A stretch of DNA of 64,000 nt from Amoebophrya sp. A120 (Eukaryota; Protista; Dinoflagellata), in contig CAJINV010000008.1 of NCBI GenBank assembly GCA_905178155.1, forward strand, positions 682,001-746,000. The letters run 5' to 3'. The notes beneath the pieces are model-generated. The model searched no databases. It saw only the letters and a program-made list of their open reading frames with translations, and was not told where the DNA came from. Both the position numbers and the translations under genes were made by a program. Below are positions 52,606-64,000 of the stretch, piece after piece (the first letter of the stretch is position 1; every line of letters starts with the position of its first letter).

Positions 52606-55600
52606 ATGAGGCGCACAGTCGTACGGCTTTCGGTTGGTTTGACTTGCCTTGGAATAGTGTCCCGATGCGAGGAGGAGGACACCCAAGCACACGGGCCGCA
52701 GCAGGCCGTCTCGCCACCCGCTAAAAAAACTTCGTTCCGGAAGCCCGGACATGCCGCGGCCAAAGCTCTGCAGCAAAGTTTGCGCAAAGCAGCAGCGCTC
52801 GCGAGCCACGACGGGTATAAGAATTCTGATGGTGCCGAGAGTGCGCAATTTTCGTCGTTTCTGCAGAACGCGTTTGCCGCGCTTTTACCCGCTAGTCTGC
52901 AAGCGCGAGCGCACGATGCACAGGTGGACGAGCCACACGTACTAGGGCAAACACGGCGCGAACCACCGCACCCCCCGCATGCTGCCAACGCACACACGCC
53001 ATTGGTAGAAAACGGTAAAGTACCACCCGCGAGCGCCACGGCAAAGGCCGCCGCAAAGAAGGCGCTGGAGGAGCTTTCGATGCTGCAGCTCGGTGGCGGA
53101 CTCGTACAAACACCGCCGCACTTAGCGGAAAAGGAGTTCGTCAGCCATCCCCCCGATGGCGTCCGCTTTTCCGTGGCAGAAGCACGACGGAACTACGATC
53201 AGGATCGTGGCTCGTCGCTGCCTCACGTCACCCCGCGGCGTGATTCAACCCCCACCGCATCGGAGGAACAAATCAGCGACAATCTCCCGCCCAGCAGTTT
53301 CGTGCAAACAGCGCCAGAGCGGGCGGGCGCCGCACCAGTTCTGGTTGCGGGTGCTGACGACATAGGATTGCACCTTAACACGGGTTCATCTGGAAACTAC
53401 GCCGAGCCCAGCTCCCTCCTGAGCGTCGCACAGCAACAGGAAGACCGGGCGGCAGTGGAGGCTGCGCGAGCGGCGGACTTCGCGGGCGGCCAGGATGTTG
53501 TGCAGATCGTGTCCCTTGAACCGCTTGGAGCGAGCGGCGCTGGCGGTGTGCCAGGAGGCCTCCCGCTGCCCCCGGCGGGCGCGGGTGGATACGAAAGCAG
53601 TGATCCTTTGAGTAATCTGGCGGCGCTTCCAGCTGAGCTGGAAGTGGCGATGGAGCAACAGGTGATGCAGCAGCGCGAAGCGGAACAAATGGAACAGCAG
53701 TATTACAGTGAAAAGTGCCCCCCACCCCCAAAGTTACAAAAATTTGTGATGCGAAGTTTCGAAATGAAAACTTTTTGTCATGCATGAAAGGAGTATGAAT
53801 CTTTCTGATGCAGATTCTAGTCGTGTTTCGCATCGCTTGCATGACAAGCGCCACTCTTGCTGGGATCTTTTGCAATGCAAATTTTTGCTATTCACGATCG
53901 GAAATCTGTGATGCTCATACATGCAAGAGGGCGAGTGTTTCATTTGGAAAGGTTTGCAATACAAATGCTTTCCAGTTCGGGGGTGGGGGCATTTTTCATT
54001 GTAATAAGCAGGAGATGAGCTGGATGGCGCTGACCGCGCTGTCCAAGTTGATGTATCAAATGTAAAAATGTCTGGGTCTGGAAACTTGTGATGCTAAAAT
54101 TGAATGGTAGACGGACTGCAATACGCAGCTATGCATGACAAATTTTTTGGCTCCCATGTCTTACGTATTCCGCATGACAAACTGCGTTTTTGCATGACAG
54201 GCAGGAGGGCCTTTTCGTGCCTATGCAACACAGATTCTCGAGTCATGCCAGACAAGCATGACAAACTTGCATTCTTCCAGACCCAGACATTTTTACACTT
54301 GATATGATGGAATTGTCGACCATCGTGATCGAGGACGAGACCGCTTCCTCTCAACAGGGAGCGCAGGTTGTGCCAGGGGAGATGCTCGTGACCACGACGG
54401 ACGGTCTCCAGTCGCGGGATTTCCTCCCGGTTGTAAGTGACGTGGATGTCGTGCAGTTTTACCGCAACCTGGGCGCAAGTTCATCGACGGACTCGCTGAT
54501 CGCCAGTCTGCAGGAACAGGAGACCTGCATGGACCGCAAGATGAAGCTGCAGCAGATCCCGCACAAGGGGAAAGCCAAGGAGCTGAAGTGGTCGTCGAAC
54601 GGGCGGTGCGGACCGCAGTTCGGGGATATGCACTGCAAAAGTATCGCACTAGTAGTAATCGCATTACAAATTGGCTCAGCGTGACAGATGAAATCTGTCA
54701 TGCTGTTTTGCCTTGGGATGGAGATTTGTAATGCATGACTGCGATTACTACGAGTGTGATACTTCTGCACAGGATAGGGGACACCGCCTGCAAAACCGGG
54801 TGCTGCTCCGCGTTCGGGTGGTGCGGCAGCGGCCACGACTGGTGCGACTGCGGCGTGTGCCAGGCCGAATTCGGGCGATGCGGCCAGACCTCGTGGCAGC
54901 AGTACGAGATCGGCGAGAACCTGTGCATGTTGCCCGACCACCTGGAGCAGGCGGTGTACGAGCTGTTTCAGAAGAACGCCGGTTCGGACGACGTCGCCGC
55001 GAAGAACCTGCAGACGACGCTGCAGCAGATCCACCGCTCCATGCCCCACGCGTCCTTTGAGCAGCTGTACTACGGCTTCGAGTGTCTGCTGGAGAACGTG
55101 GACGAAAAGCTGACGCTGTCCAAGATCGAGAAGATGCTGGCCGTGGTGAGCAAAAAGGCCAGCTACAAGCAGGTGATTGACACCACGGTCCTGCTCCGGA
55201 ACTTTCCGGACGTCAGCAACGGCCAGAGCGCCTCCTTGGAGTACGCGTGGATCTACCTGTTGGCCTTCCAAAGCGCGCTTTCCGAGCCGCAACGCGCGGG
55301 ACAGGCCGCGTCGTCGGGGGAATTTGTGAGCACCGCCTTGTTCCTGAGCGCGATTCAGAATCACCTGACGAGTCGCCAGCGAAGCGGCACTAGTACCGCT
55401 TCCTGGTTCGGCGGGTCCTCGAGCGCCAGTGCCGCGGGCACCAGCGGACCAACCTTGCAGCTGCTGCTCACGGAGCTGACCAAAGTGGTGCAGCGATTCC
55501 CGCAGAACACGCTGAGCGACATTGACCGCGCCTACACGGAGCTGCGGCTGGTGTATGACAACGTGGACTTTCTGGGCTTTGCCGCCGCGCTGGAAGTTTT

Positions 55601-58305
55601 GATTCCGATGCGCAAGACCGAGCCGCTCTCGGCCGCGATGCGGGCTCGGGCGGCCTCCACCGTCGCGCCGGCGTTGCCCCCCGGCGACGTGGAGCGCTAC
55701 AGCCAGGCCTTCCAGCGGCTGAAGTCGCGCTGCTACCTGGATCCGAAGGAAGAGGTGAAGACGATCGCGGACAACGTGGTCCTGCTGAAAAAGATCTTTC
55801 ACGAGGGCGACGAGGACCCGGTGAAGGTCCTGGGTGCGCTCGGCGACCTGATGGAGCAGTTTCACCTGACGAAGTCCGGCTCGGTGACCGCCACCTTGCA
55901 GGAGGGAAAGATGGCCGAGCGTGTCTTCGGCAGCGCCGGCGACAATTCCTTCAGTGCCGTCGCGCGCTACCTGACCCAGGTGCGGATGCTGTACATCAGC
56001 CGGGGCGGCGTCTTCTCCTCCTCCCCGCCGACCCTGGAGCAGTGCCTGGAACTGAGCGCGGTCTTTCTGCACGAGAAGGGAAACCAGATCCCCGATCGCC
56101 GGAACTTGGACGTCGTTCTGCAAAAAATGCAGGAGGTCGGCCCGCCGAACTTCGACCCCGCCGCGCTGCAGAAGGAAGTCGAGAAAGAAACGGCCGCTGG
56201 GTCCGCGGACGAGGCGAGTTCCACATCGCTCGGTTCCTTTTTCGTGACCGCTGCGAAACCCGCCGAGCAGGCGGATGCGGCGAGTGTCGGGGACGCGGTC
56301 CAGCAGCTTGTGCAAGCCTACGGCGTCACTGTCCAGCAGGCGAAACACAGCCTCTTGCGGCTCGGCAACCGGTGGAAGGGCTTGAATCTTGACGAAGTTG
56401 TCAAATTCCTGCTGGATTTCCAGGCGGCCAATGGTCGGAAGTATAGCCTGTCCGTGATCGTGTCAAGTCTAGACGCGTTGGCCCGGTTCTCTGACGCCGC
56501 GCCGCTCCGGGATGGCGGTCGAGACGAAAGCCGAACTAGGGGCAGCACGGACGGTGGTTCTTCTAGCAGCAGCAGCGCCGCAGTAGATGCCGACGCGCTC
56601 CCGCCCACCTTCGGGCAGTGCGGCGAGGTGCTGATCGACATGGCCAAACAGCTGGAGTCGTCGGACGAACTGCACGCCGTCGCGGTGGACTTTTCCTCGC
56701 TGAAGGTCGCCCTGGAGGACGCTGCGGACGCCGCCTCCACGGACGGCCGCAACGGTCTCCAGGCGGTGTGGGGCGTGTTTGTGCTGCTGAAAAACGAGTT
56801 CGCGGAGGGGGAGCAGCCCTCGTCGTGGAAACAGGTCGCGGACGACGTGCACAAGCTGCTGTTGAAGTTCCGGCACACGCAGAATTTGCACCGGTTGTAC
56901 GCGCTGCTGACGGGGCTGAAGGAGGCCTACAATGACAAGCTGTCTCTGACCGCGATCACGGACATTCTTCTCACCTTCGAGCGCGAGTTCCCCGAGCTCT
57001 GCAAGGAGCAGGACGGCGCGCTGGAGTGGTTTTTGGATTTTCTGATCCGCATCAAGGCCGTGGATTTTATTCCCGCCGAGGAGATGGTGTCCATGGACTC
57101 CAAGTCGCAGTTGCTCACCACGGTCGAGGCTGTGGTGGAGATGAAGGCGTTCGGAAAGCGGTTCGCGACGGCTAAAGACTTCTTTGCCACGCTGCTCGAG
57201 GCCGTGCAGGTGCTGGAGCCCGCGTTCGGGCCGGCCGGCCGGATCTGGACGCTGAGCAGTGCCACGGGCAGTCCGCTCACGTTTTCGCAGCTGGCGGCTT
57301 CCTTCGCCCGGTTTCATGCGGATTTCTTGCTCGTGGCGCAGGAAGTGACGCTGCACGACCTGATCATGGCCTTGAAGCGGCTGCACGACTACTTCTACCA
57401 GTCCAGCCTGCCCGCGATCCTGACCAGTCTCGGTCGCCTGCCCGGGCTCTTCCCGGAGCTGAACCTCCACCAGCTCATCGAGGAGATCGCGGAGGTTAAA
57501 AGCACGGTCCCCGACCTCACGGTCCTCGTCGAAACGCTGGCGCAGTGGAAGCAAAAGGAACCGCTCCTGTCCTGGCGAACCGCGAGGGAAAGGTAGAGAT
57601 GATGAAAAAATGTGACTTGGAAGAGGAAGTTAGTAGATAATCGCAATTTTTCGTTTCTTGAGGTAATAAGTCAGAAGTTTTTGGGATCATGGGATCGACG
57701 TCGCATCATGTAGTAATCCTACATAGAAACAAAAAATAATCAGGTACGCGCAGGAGCACACGACTGCAGGGGGGACACTGTGCAGTTGGCTGCTGATTTC
57801 CACCGGCGTGCTGTTCCTTCTGTGCGTTTCGCAGGACCACTTGCGCACCAGGAAGCAGCGGGGCCGCTTCAGCAACCATGCCGACGCGTACGGCGCGATT
57901 CCACCGGAGGACAGCACTGTCGCGGCGACCACTACAACCGCGACCGCTAGCTACCTGAAGCCCGGCGCCTCACTACTGGATCGGTTTGCTGCAAAGTTTC
58001 TCGGCGCGGGAAGCTACGCGCTCGGCAACGGGCGCAGCGGGGGCTTGGAAACAAGTACAACAACCACCGGGGGAGGTGGAAGCAAAAAGACCATTGTACA
58101 CGTGTCCACCAGTAAACAAACGCTAGAACAACAAGCACGACAGTCTGGAAGCAAGAGCAGCCCCCTGCAGCGACGGAGCAAGCAGAGCACCGCTAACACA
58201 TCAGACGTGCCGGATCCCTTCGCTACGACATCCTCGAAGGGGTCCAACTCAACGGCAACGGTGCAGCAAAAACTGGATTTCGAAATGGATGACATTCTGG
58301 GGTGA
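52606..58305 (+). CDS. Large putative type I membrane protein with a hevein/ChtBD1 chitin-binding domain; 3 introners and GT-AG intron 57593-57743
   Basis: Signal-like MRRTVVRLSVGLTCLGIV; reconstructed SSNGRCGPQFGDTACKTGCCSAFGWCGSGHDWCDCGVCQAEFGRC; C-terminal TM LCSWLLISTGVLFLLCV. Confidence 0.75.
53701..54006. mobile_element. Introner/MITE, family E
   Basis: TATTACAGTGAAAAGTGCCCCCCACCCCC ... GGGGGTGGGGGCATTTTTCATTGTAATA; TSD AGCAG; homologous to 49759-50033. Confidence 0.92.
54054..54304. mobile_element. Introner/MITE, family A
   Basis: Family A TIRs; TSD TGATG. Confidence 0.92.
54627..54776. mobile_element. Introner/MITE, family D, splitting the hevein domain
   Basis: TATGCACTGCAAAAGTATCGCACTAGTAGTAATCGCA ... 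TGCGATTACTACGAGTGTGATACTTCTGCACAGGATA; TSD GGGGA. Confidence 0.9.
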
Positions 58306-58932
58306 GAGTATTCAGTAAGAGGTTTCAACACTGCCTTCTAGGCTGGGATTTTCTCATCAAGTAAAAGAAGATTTCTACGACTTTATTTGGAAATTAATTG
58401 TTTGAACGATCTTCTGTTACCGTAACCGTATCGAAGATTCCACAGTAGCTAAAAAGAATCTTACGACTTTTTGTAGTTATGACCGTGACCGTATCCTATC
58501 GACATTGTACAAATTTCAACTCTTTTGAATCTCTTCGTGTAAAATGTATCAAACAAACTACTCAAATAGTGATGAGGCACGCGATGCTAATTCGAAAAAA
58601 TGATCTTGCTTGTTTCACAAACTGTACAAAGAAAGATATCTTCAGCCCTGCGGGACAAGAATGATGAACATGGCTAAGCCAACACGCCCCGTTTTCTAGG
58701 AATTGCAGACGGTGCGAGGCTGAGTCTGAGTCAACTACACGAAAATAATGCTTTTGGTTTCGCATGTTCGTACTGGCTCTCTTTGACCTGACCACTTTCG
58801 CGTACCTCTGACTGATGCATCCGCATGCGAGATTCAGGACAAGAGGAAGGAGCATATGACAAAACAGAGCGTCGTAGCAAATAATGCAGCGCGAGCGCCG
58901 CCAGAAGCCGTCTGGAAACGCTTCGTTCGACA

Positions 58933-59769
58933 ATGACGGAGGTCCGCCATGTAGCCGCCAGACTGCTCAGCGTTCCGCTTTTTTCGCAGTCCCTGAGGTT
59001 CTTCTCGTCGCAGTGGCTGCTGGCATCCATGCCGCAGACGACGGCAGCTACCTCCAGCATGAAGGGACACTGGGAGTATCGGGTGTTTTTTCCGGATAGT
59101 ACGGAAAATAACGCGCGCTTTGAGCAGATGCTGAACGATTTCCCAGATTTGAGGACTGTAACCCCGAAGGAGCGCACGGACGTGTACCTCTACCCGCGAC
59201 TGGACCACGCGAAAGCGCTGTTTCCCCACGGCGTCAAACTACGCAACGTCAAAGGCGACGGCTCGTCGGCTGGAGCGAGCGCGGCCGAGCAGGCTGCCAC
59301 TGCTGACTCGCTGGAAGTCAAGCTCCGCCTCGAAAAATACCAATCAAACGGCATGGCCGGCGCCGAAAAATACAAAAAGCACCGGATCGAGTTGGGGAAC
59401 CACGAGACGACGGGTGAGAAAAAGTGGGAGAAATTGATTTCCTTTCTGATCGACAGCTCTGAGGACTACTATACGACACAGCACGTCGAAGGGAAGTATG
59501 TCGCTCGCACGACGCGCACCACGCTTGAGGACGTGGACTCCTGGCACCACATTGCGCTCGCCAAGGAGGTGCGGAAAGTACACGTCGGCCCGTTCGTGGT
59601 GGAAGCCACCAAAGTGACCACGGTGGCGGACCAGGAAGTTTGGTACTCACTATGTGTCGAGGGAACCACGGGAAAGACGAAACCTGAGGACATGTACGAT
59701 TTTGCGGAGAAAAACTCCGCGGCGCTGGCGGAGTTCCTGGCGGAACCGACGCCGGATCATTCCTTATAG
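58933..59769 (+). CDS. CYTH-like (triphosphate tunnel fold) hypothetical protein
   Basis: WEYRVFF, ERTDVYL, GVKLRN, LEVKLR, KEVRK, VEATKV, WYSLCVEG. Confidence 0.6.
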   Translation: MTEVRHVAARLLSVPLFSQSLRFFSSQWLLASMPQTTAATSSMKGHWEYRVFFPDSTENNARFEQMLNDFPDLRTVTPKERTDVYLYPRLDHAKALFPHGVKLRNVKGDGSSAGASAAEQAATADSLEVKLRLEKYQSNGMAGAEKYKKHRIELGNHETTGEKKWEKLISFLIDSSEDYYTTQHVEGKYVARTTRTTLEDVDSWHHIALAKEVRKVHVGPFVVEATKVTTVADQEVWYSLCVEGTTGKTKPEDMYDFAEKNSAALAEFLAEPTPDHSL

Positions 59770-60612
59770 CAGCGAAAAATGTACTAGTATCCGTGTCATG
59801 TGTTCGTAAAAAAGCGTTTCGTAACTAGACACACTTACAAATGAGTTGCTTTATGCATCAAGCCACTTAATACTAGTCATAAAACGAAGCACGCGGGAGT
59901 TATGCGATTGCATCATGGGCAGGTACGTTTTTCGCCCGGACGACAGCACGATTTGGATTTGCTCATCGGAGGCTATCCGCATTTCATACAGCATTTGGTC
60001 CTGGGAATCGAGGGGAACAAACGGGATGAAGTGTAGGAAAAGAAATAGAAGGGCCTTTTCTCGCAAGAACACACGGACACCTCGGTTAGTGAACGGGAAC
60101 ATTGTATGCTGCGTCAGTCCGCTGTTGCATAGATAAGAAAAGCTGGATAAGAACATCAACTGTTTGGTGCGCGAGCACGAATTCTTGCACCGCATTCGCT
60201 TGAAGCCATTGCACAAAAAGCCCACGGCAGGTGTTCTGCCTGTCTGATGATCCGGTCTTGTGCCAAGCGATGCTAGTACACCACTCTGGACGTCGTTTCC
60301 TGCAATAGAGACGACCCACGTTCAGTCGCCGCAAGGACGGTGTGCCAATTTTCCCTTTGGAAACCAGTAATTGCACTGCTATTATTCATGATCGTCCATG
60401 TCCAAAAGTTAACGTTCCGACAAGAGATCAGTTTTCACACGCGTGAAGTAAAACATTTTTTGGTTCACGCCAAGCAGCAGGCTTTTCATTGCGCGGATCC
60501 ACCTACATCATCTTGGTTGCGAGGTTCTACTTGAGAAGATCATGCCGCGACAGGTCCTGTTCAGTTTTGCTCCTTAGGGTTGCAGTGTAAAGGAAGTTCT
60601 CCGCCTGAATCG

Positions 60613-62086
60613 ATGGCGATGGCGCGTCAAGAGGCGGCGGACGACGGGCGGGCGCTACCGGTGAACACGCCAAAGTTCTGGGGGGACGAGCGCGCGAGGC
60701 TGGTGGAGTGCATCGATTCCGGGTGGATATCGTCGGAGGGTCCGTTCGTCAAGGAGTTTGAAACCGCGTTCGCGAGGCAGTGCGACCGCAAGTACGGAGT
60801 GGCGGTGGCCAACGGAACCGCCGCTTTGGACATCGTAATGCAGGTGCTGCAGGTCGGCCCGGGGGACGAAGTCATTCTGCCCACGCTGACCATCATCAGC
60901 TGCATTCAGCAGGTGGTCAAGTCCGGCGCGACACCCGTTTTGGTGGACTGCGAGGCGGGGGGCTACAATTTCGACCTGGCCGCTGTGCGGGACCGCATCA
61001 CGGCAAAAACGAAGGCGGTGCTCGCCGTGCATGTGTACGAGTACCCCGTGGACATGGTCCGCCTGCTAGCGCTGGTGCAGGAGAAGGAGCGAGAATTGCG
61101 GGGCGGAAACAAGATCTACGTGGTGGAGGACTCCGCGGAACTGATCGGGGGCCAGTTCCAGGGCCGGCCGTGTGGGAGCTTCGGCGACTTTTCCACGGTG
61201 AGCTTTTACCCCAACAAGCACATCACGACCGGGGAGGGCGGGATGGTGTTGTGCGACGAGCTGGAGTTGTGTGAGGCCGCGAGAAAGGTCCGGAACCTCT
61301 GCTTCGATCCAGACAAACCTAGGTTTGTGCACGCGGACCTGGGGTTCAACTATCGCATGACCAGCCTCCAGGCGGCGCTGGGGCTGGCGCAGCTTCCCCA
61401 TTTGGCACAAGCGATCGAGCGAAAGCGGGAGATCGGGCGTCTGTACAACAAATTCTTCCAGAACGAGATGAAAGAAGTGCTGCCGTATGTGCGAATACCA
61501 AGCGAAACGGATCAATTTGGTTCCGAAAACATCTTTTGGGTTTACATGATTGAGGTATAGTGCTGCTTACTACCTTGTTCCTAAGCTGCTTTTCTGAACA
61601 TGGAAGGTGTTTGGTGAAGGGAATATTGACCAATAGCAAGTTCTTGCATCTCTTTCAGGCTGCAACTCGCGATTTAGATAGAATCGGTGTGAGAATTCCT
61701 GTTGGGCAATCACGATCACAGACGACCCCTTGGCTGGCCACAAAATTATTATTTTTTGTTTTTGAATTTGAAGCGAAGCACTTCTTTGCCATCAGATAAC
61801 CCACCCGACTCTGACGGCGGCTGCGTTGATGGCTTTACTGGGCAAAGCGAAGGTCGGGACGCGCCCTTGCTTTTTCCCGCTGCATCGGCAGCCGGTGTTT
61901 ATCGGTGACGATCCGAAGAGCCGCTACCACCAGCCGCATTTTGTGGGTGCCCGGTTTCCTCACGCGGAGCGTTTGGCCGAGAAATCGTTCTACCTGCCCA
62001 GCGGTCTCGCGCTCACAGACGAGGACGTGCGAATTGCCTGTCTAAGATTTCGAGATGTGCTGCTGCAAGCAGTAGCGGAAACATGA
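60613..62086 (+). CDS. DegT/DnrJ/EryC1/StrS PLP aminotransferase, GDP-perosamine synthase-like; GT-AG intron 61555-61795
   Basis: SGWISSEGPFVKEFE, ANGTAAL, VEDSAE, SFYPNKHITTGEGGM, GFNYRMT, TRPCFFPLHRQP, YLPSG; exons join in frame. Confidence 0.92.
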
Positions 62087-63125
62087 GCATTGATTGCCTG
62101 AGTAGGGGGCAAACTTGGAGAGGCTGCGGCGTCCCTGCCACTACCTAGGCAATACACTGATTTACTTTCAGTAATGGTACGCTGCTAGAAGCACGATAAA
62201 AAAAGGCGGCGCGTGCCCGAAAATTAGAATAAGGTCGTAGCAAGACCGCATACATTGTTCCAGCGAGAAGTTTATCGATAGATCCCTACTTAATTCTGGA
62301 TGACAACATCACGCGCAACAAAGATCCATTTCATGACGCTTTGTGTCGAAGTCCGTGGTTTGCTAAGCGGTACAGCGATTTTGCTTGACCGAGAAGACGG
62401 TTCTATCTATGACGTGATGTTACTGACAGCCGCCGTTTTGGCGTCAACGAAGTAGTTAGCCGCAGCTTCATTGAACGGTCATAGTAGCAAAACTTGTATG
62501 CATAGATACCGCTCTCCTGCTAAAGCATTGCCACGAGAAAGCACGCGATCCGGTGCGCATGCAAATTACAACATGTTGTTTCTGTCACTTTTGGCGTCTC
62601 CAGGGGGCAGTTCATCTCTTTACTAGCTTTTTGTGTTGATGACTGCATGGTCGTCCAGTGTGCAAGTCAACCAAGGTAGCCAGTAGGAACTCTTTCACAG
62701 AAAAATAAGTCATAATCTTTGCTGTGCACCACTAGACGCTTACTTGGAACATACTAACACAACCAGAGTTTCACATGCCTGTATACTATCGCTGAAAGAG
62801 ACACTCCTCCTTCCGGCGTTCAACAGATAATAAACACGTAGCTCACGTCGACGGTGAAGATTGATCAGTACTTATTTTCTTACTTTAGAAGAACGGTAAT
62901 AGAGACCCCATCTTCTGTGTAAAGACGTCATTATTTGACCCGCACCGGTCCGCAAGCGGGGAAGCAGCTGTCACAACAACCGTAGCAACATTTGCTTGTC
63001 ATAATATCATTGACGTCCTCACCGCCATAGGAAGAGAGGCGGTAACGAGCTAGAGATTGCCCGCATTAGGTCAACACAAGAACCACTTGCACAAGAACAC
63101 TAGAAATCGAATCAGTTCGACCAAA

Positions 63126-64000
63126 ATGTCCGGCGAAAAGAGTGAAGCGGGAAAAATGAAGATTACGGCCACTGGCCGGGTGGGGACCTATGTGTCTTAC
63201 GCCAGCAAACTCTTCAACGAAGACGAACTGGACACGTAAGAATATGACTCTTGATACAGTTGTAGTCTTCATACAGTGTAAGATTCGAGGAGCATCCGAT
63301 TGTTTTTAATCGCGTTAAGTGCATGCATGGTCAAACGCAAATCTATTTGATGAATGACTGTGGAAGTTGTACATACCAACAAAAACAGGATCTCGCTCAT
63401 CGCTACGGGAACTGCACTGCCGACCTGCGTGACCACCGCAGAAATCCTAAAGCGACGCTTCAAGGGTCTGCACCAGGTAAACAAAATCGGAACCTTGGAA
63501 ATTGAAGGAGAGGACGAGGAAAAGGAAGGCGAAGAAGCGGTACAGATAAATATGTATCCGTTCTTTTTTATCGCATGCAATCCATGCGTAGTAGTTGCAG
63601 AAGCTACGACAGGGCCGCAGGTTGTATCAATGTATGGAAAATAAATTCTGGAGGCAGTTGGGCGATTCAGTCGCTGCATGATCTGTGAAACTGACAAATA
63701 AGTCGCCGACAAAATGTATAAATAACAGGTGACCTTCACGCGGCGTGTGTCCTTTATCGACATTACCCTGACACTGAACAAAAGCAAAATCAACGTGAAA
63801 GATTCTGGGTATCAGGAGCCTCTGCCAGAGGAATTGGTCAAGGAACAGCCGAAGTCTGGCACCACCGAGGATGGCGACGAGGAGAAGCCCAAGCGAAAGA
63901 GCAAGGGTAAGGGAAAGAAGGGCAAGAAAGGCAAGGGGAAGAAGGGCGAGAAGAAGGGAAAGGGCAAGAAGGGTGAGAAGAAGGGCAAGGGTAAGAAGGG
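63126..64000 (+). CDS. Alba/Rpp25-family nucleic-acid-binding protein with Gly/Lys tail, multi-exon, runs off the window end
   Basis: MKITATGRVGTYVSYA, ISLIATGTALPTCVTTAEILKRRFKGLHQ, RRVSFIDITL, SGYQEP, KGKGKKGKKG. Confidence 0.9.

Noticed and set aside
54459-57554. Long minus-strand ORFs (629 and 361 aa)
   Set aside because: Antisense shadows of a GC3-rich plus-strand gene.

Overview
This is eukaryotic DNA, not prokaryotic. Its non-canonical inverted-repeat introns point to an Amoebophrya-like syndinian dinoflagellate (inference). Host genes are ubiquitin (partial), DNAAF5/HEATR2-like, RPB12, an LRAT-domain gene, a CSC1/OSCA/TMEM63 channel, TM9SF/EMP70, a hevein-domain membrane protein, a CYTH-like gene, a perosamine-synthase-like aminotransferase and Alba (partial). 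Four of these genes carry 23 MITE-like introners with TAT...ATA ends, terminal inverted repeats and 5-bp target duplications; at every junction I translated by hand, removing the element plus one duplication restored the reading frame. The main finding is an intact 20.9-kb LTR retroelement (19810-40723). It has 1209-bp near-identical LTRs with CG...CG ends, a CTGTC target duplication, a tRNA primer-binding site and a candidate -1 frameshift. Its 4370-aa polyprotein carries a Ty3/gypsy-like pol that appears circularly permuted with a split reverse transcriptase: motif C, thumb, RNase H and integrase come first, while protease and RT motifs A/B lie about 2200 aa downstream at the C-terminus. The polyprotein also carries DUF4326, Upf1-like helicase, dual-specificity phosphatase, ExoIII/APE, CYTH-like and JAB-like domains. 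All domain calls are by-eye motif recognition; no searches were run, so novelty is unverified.
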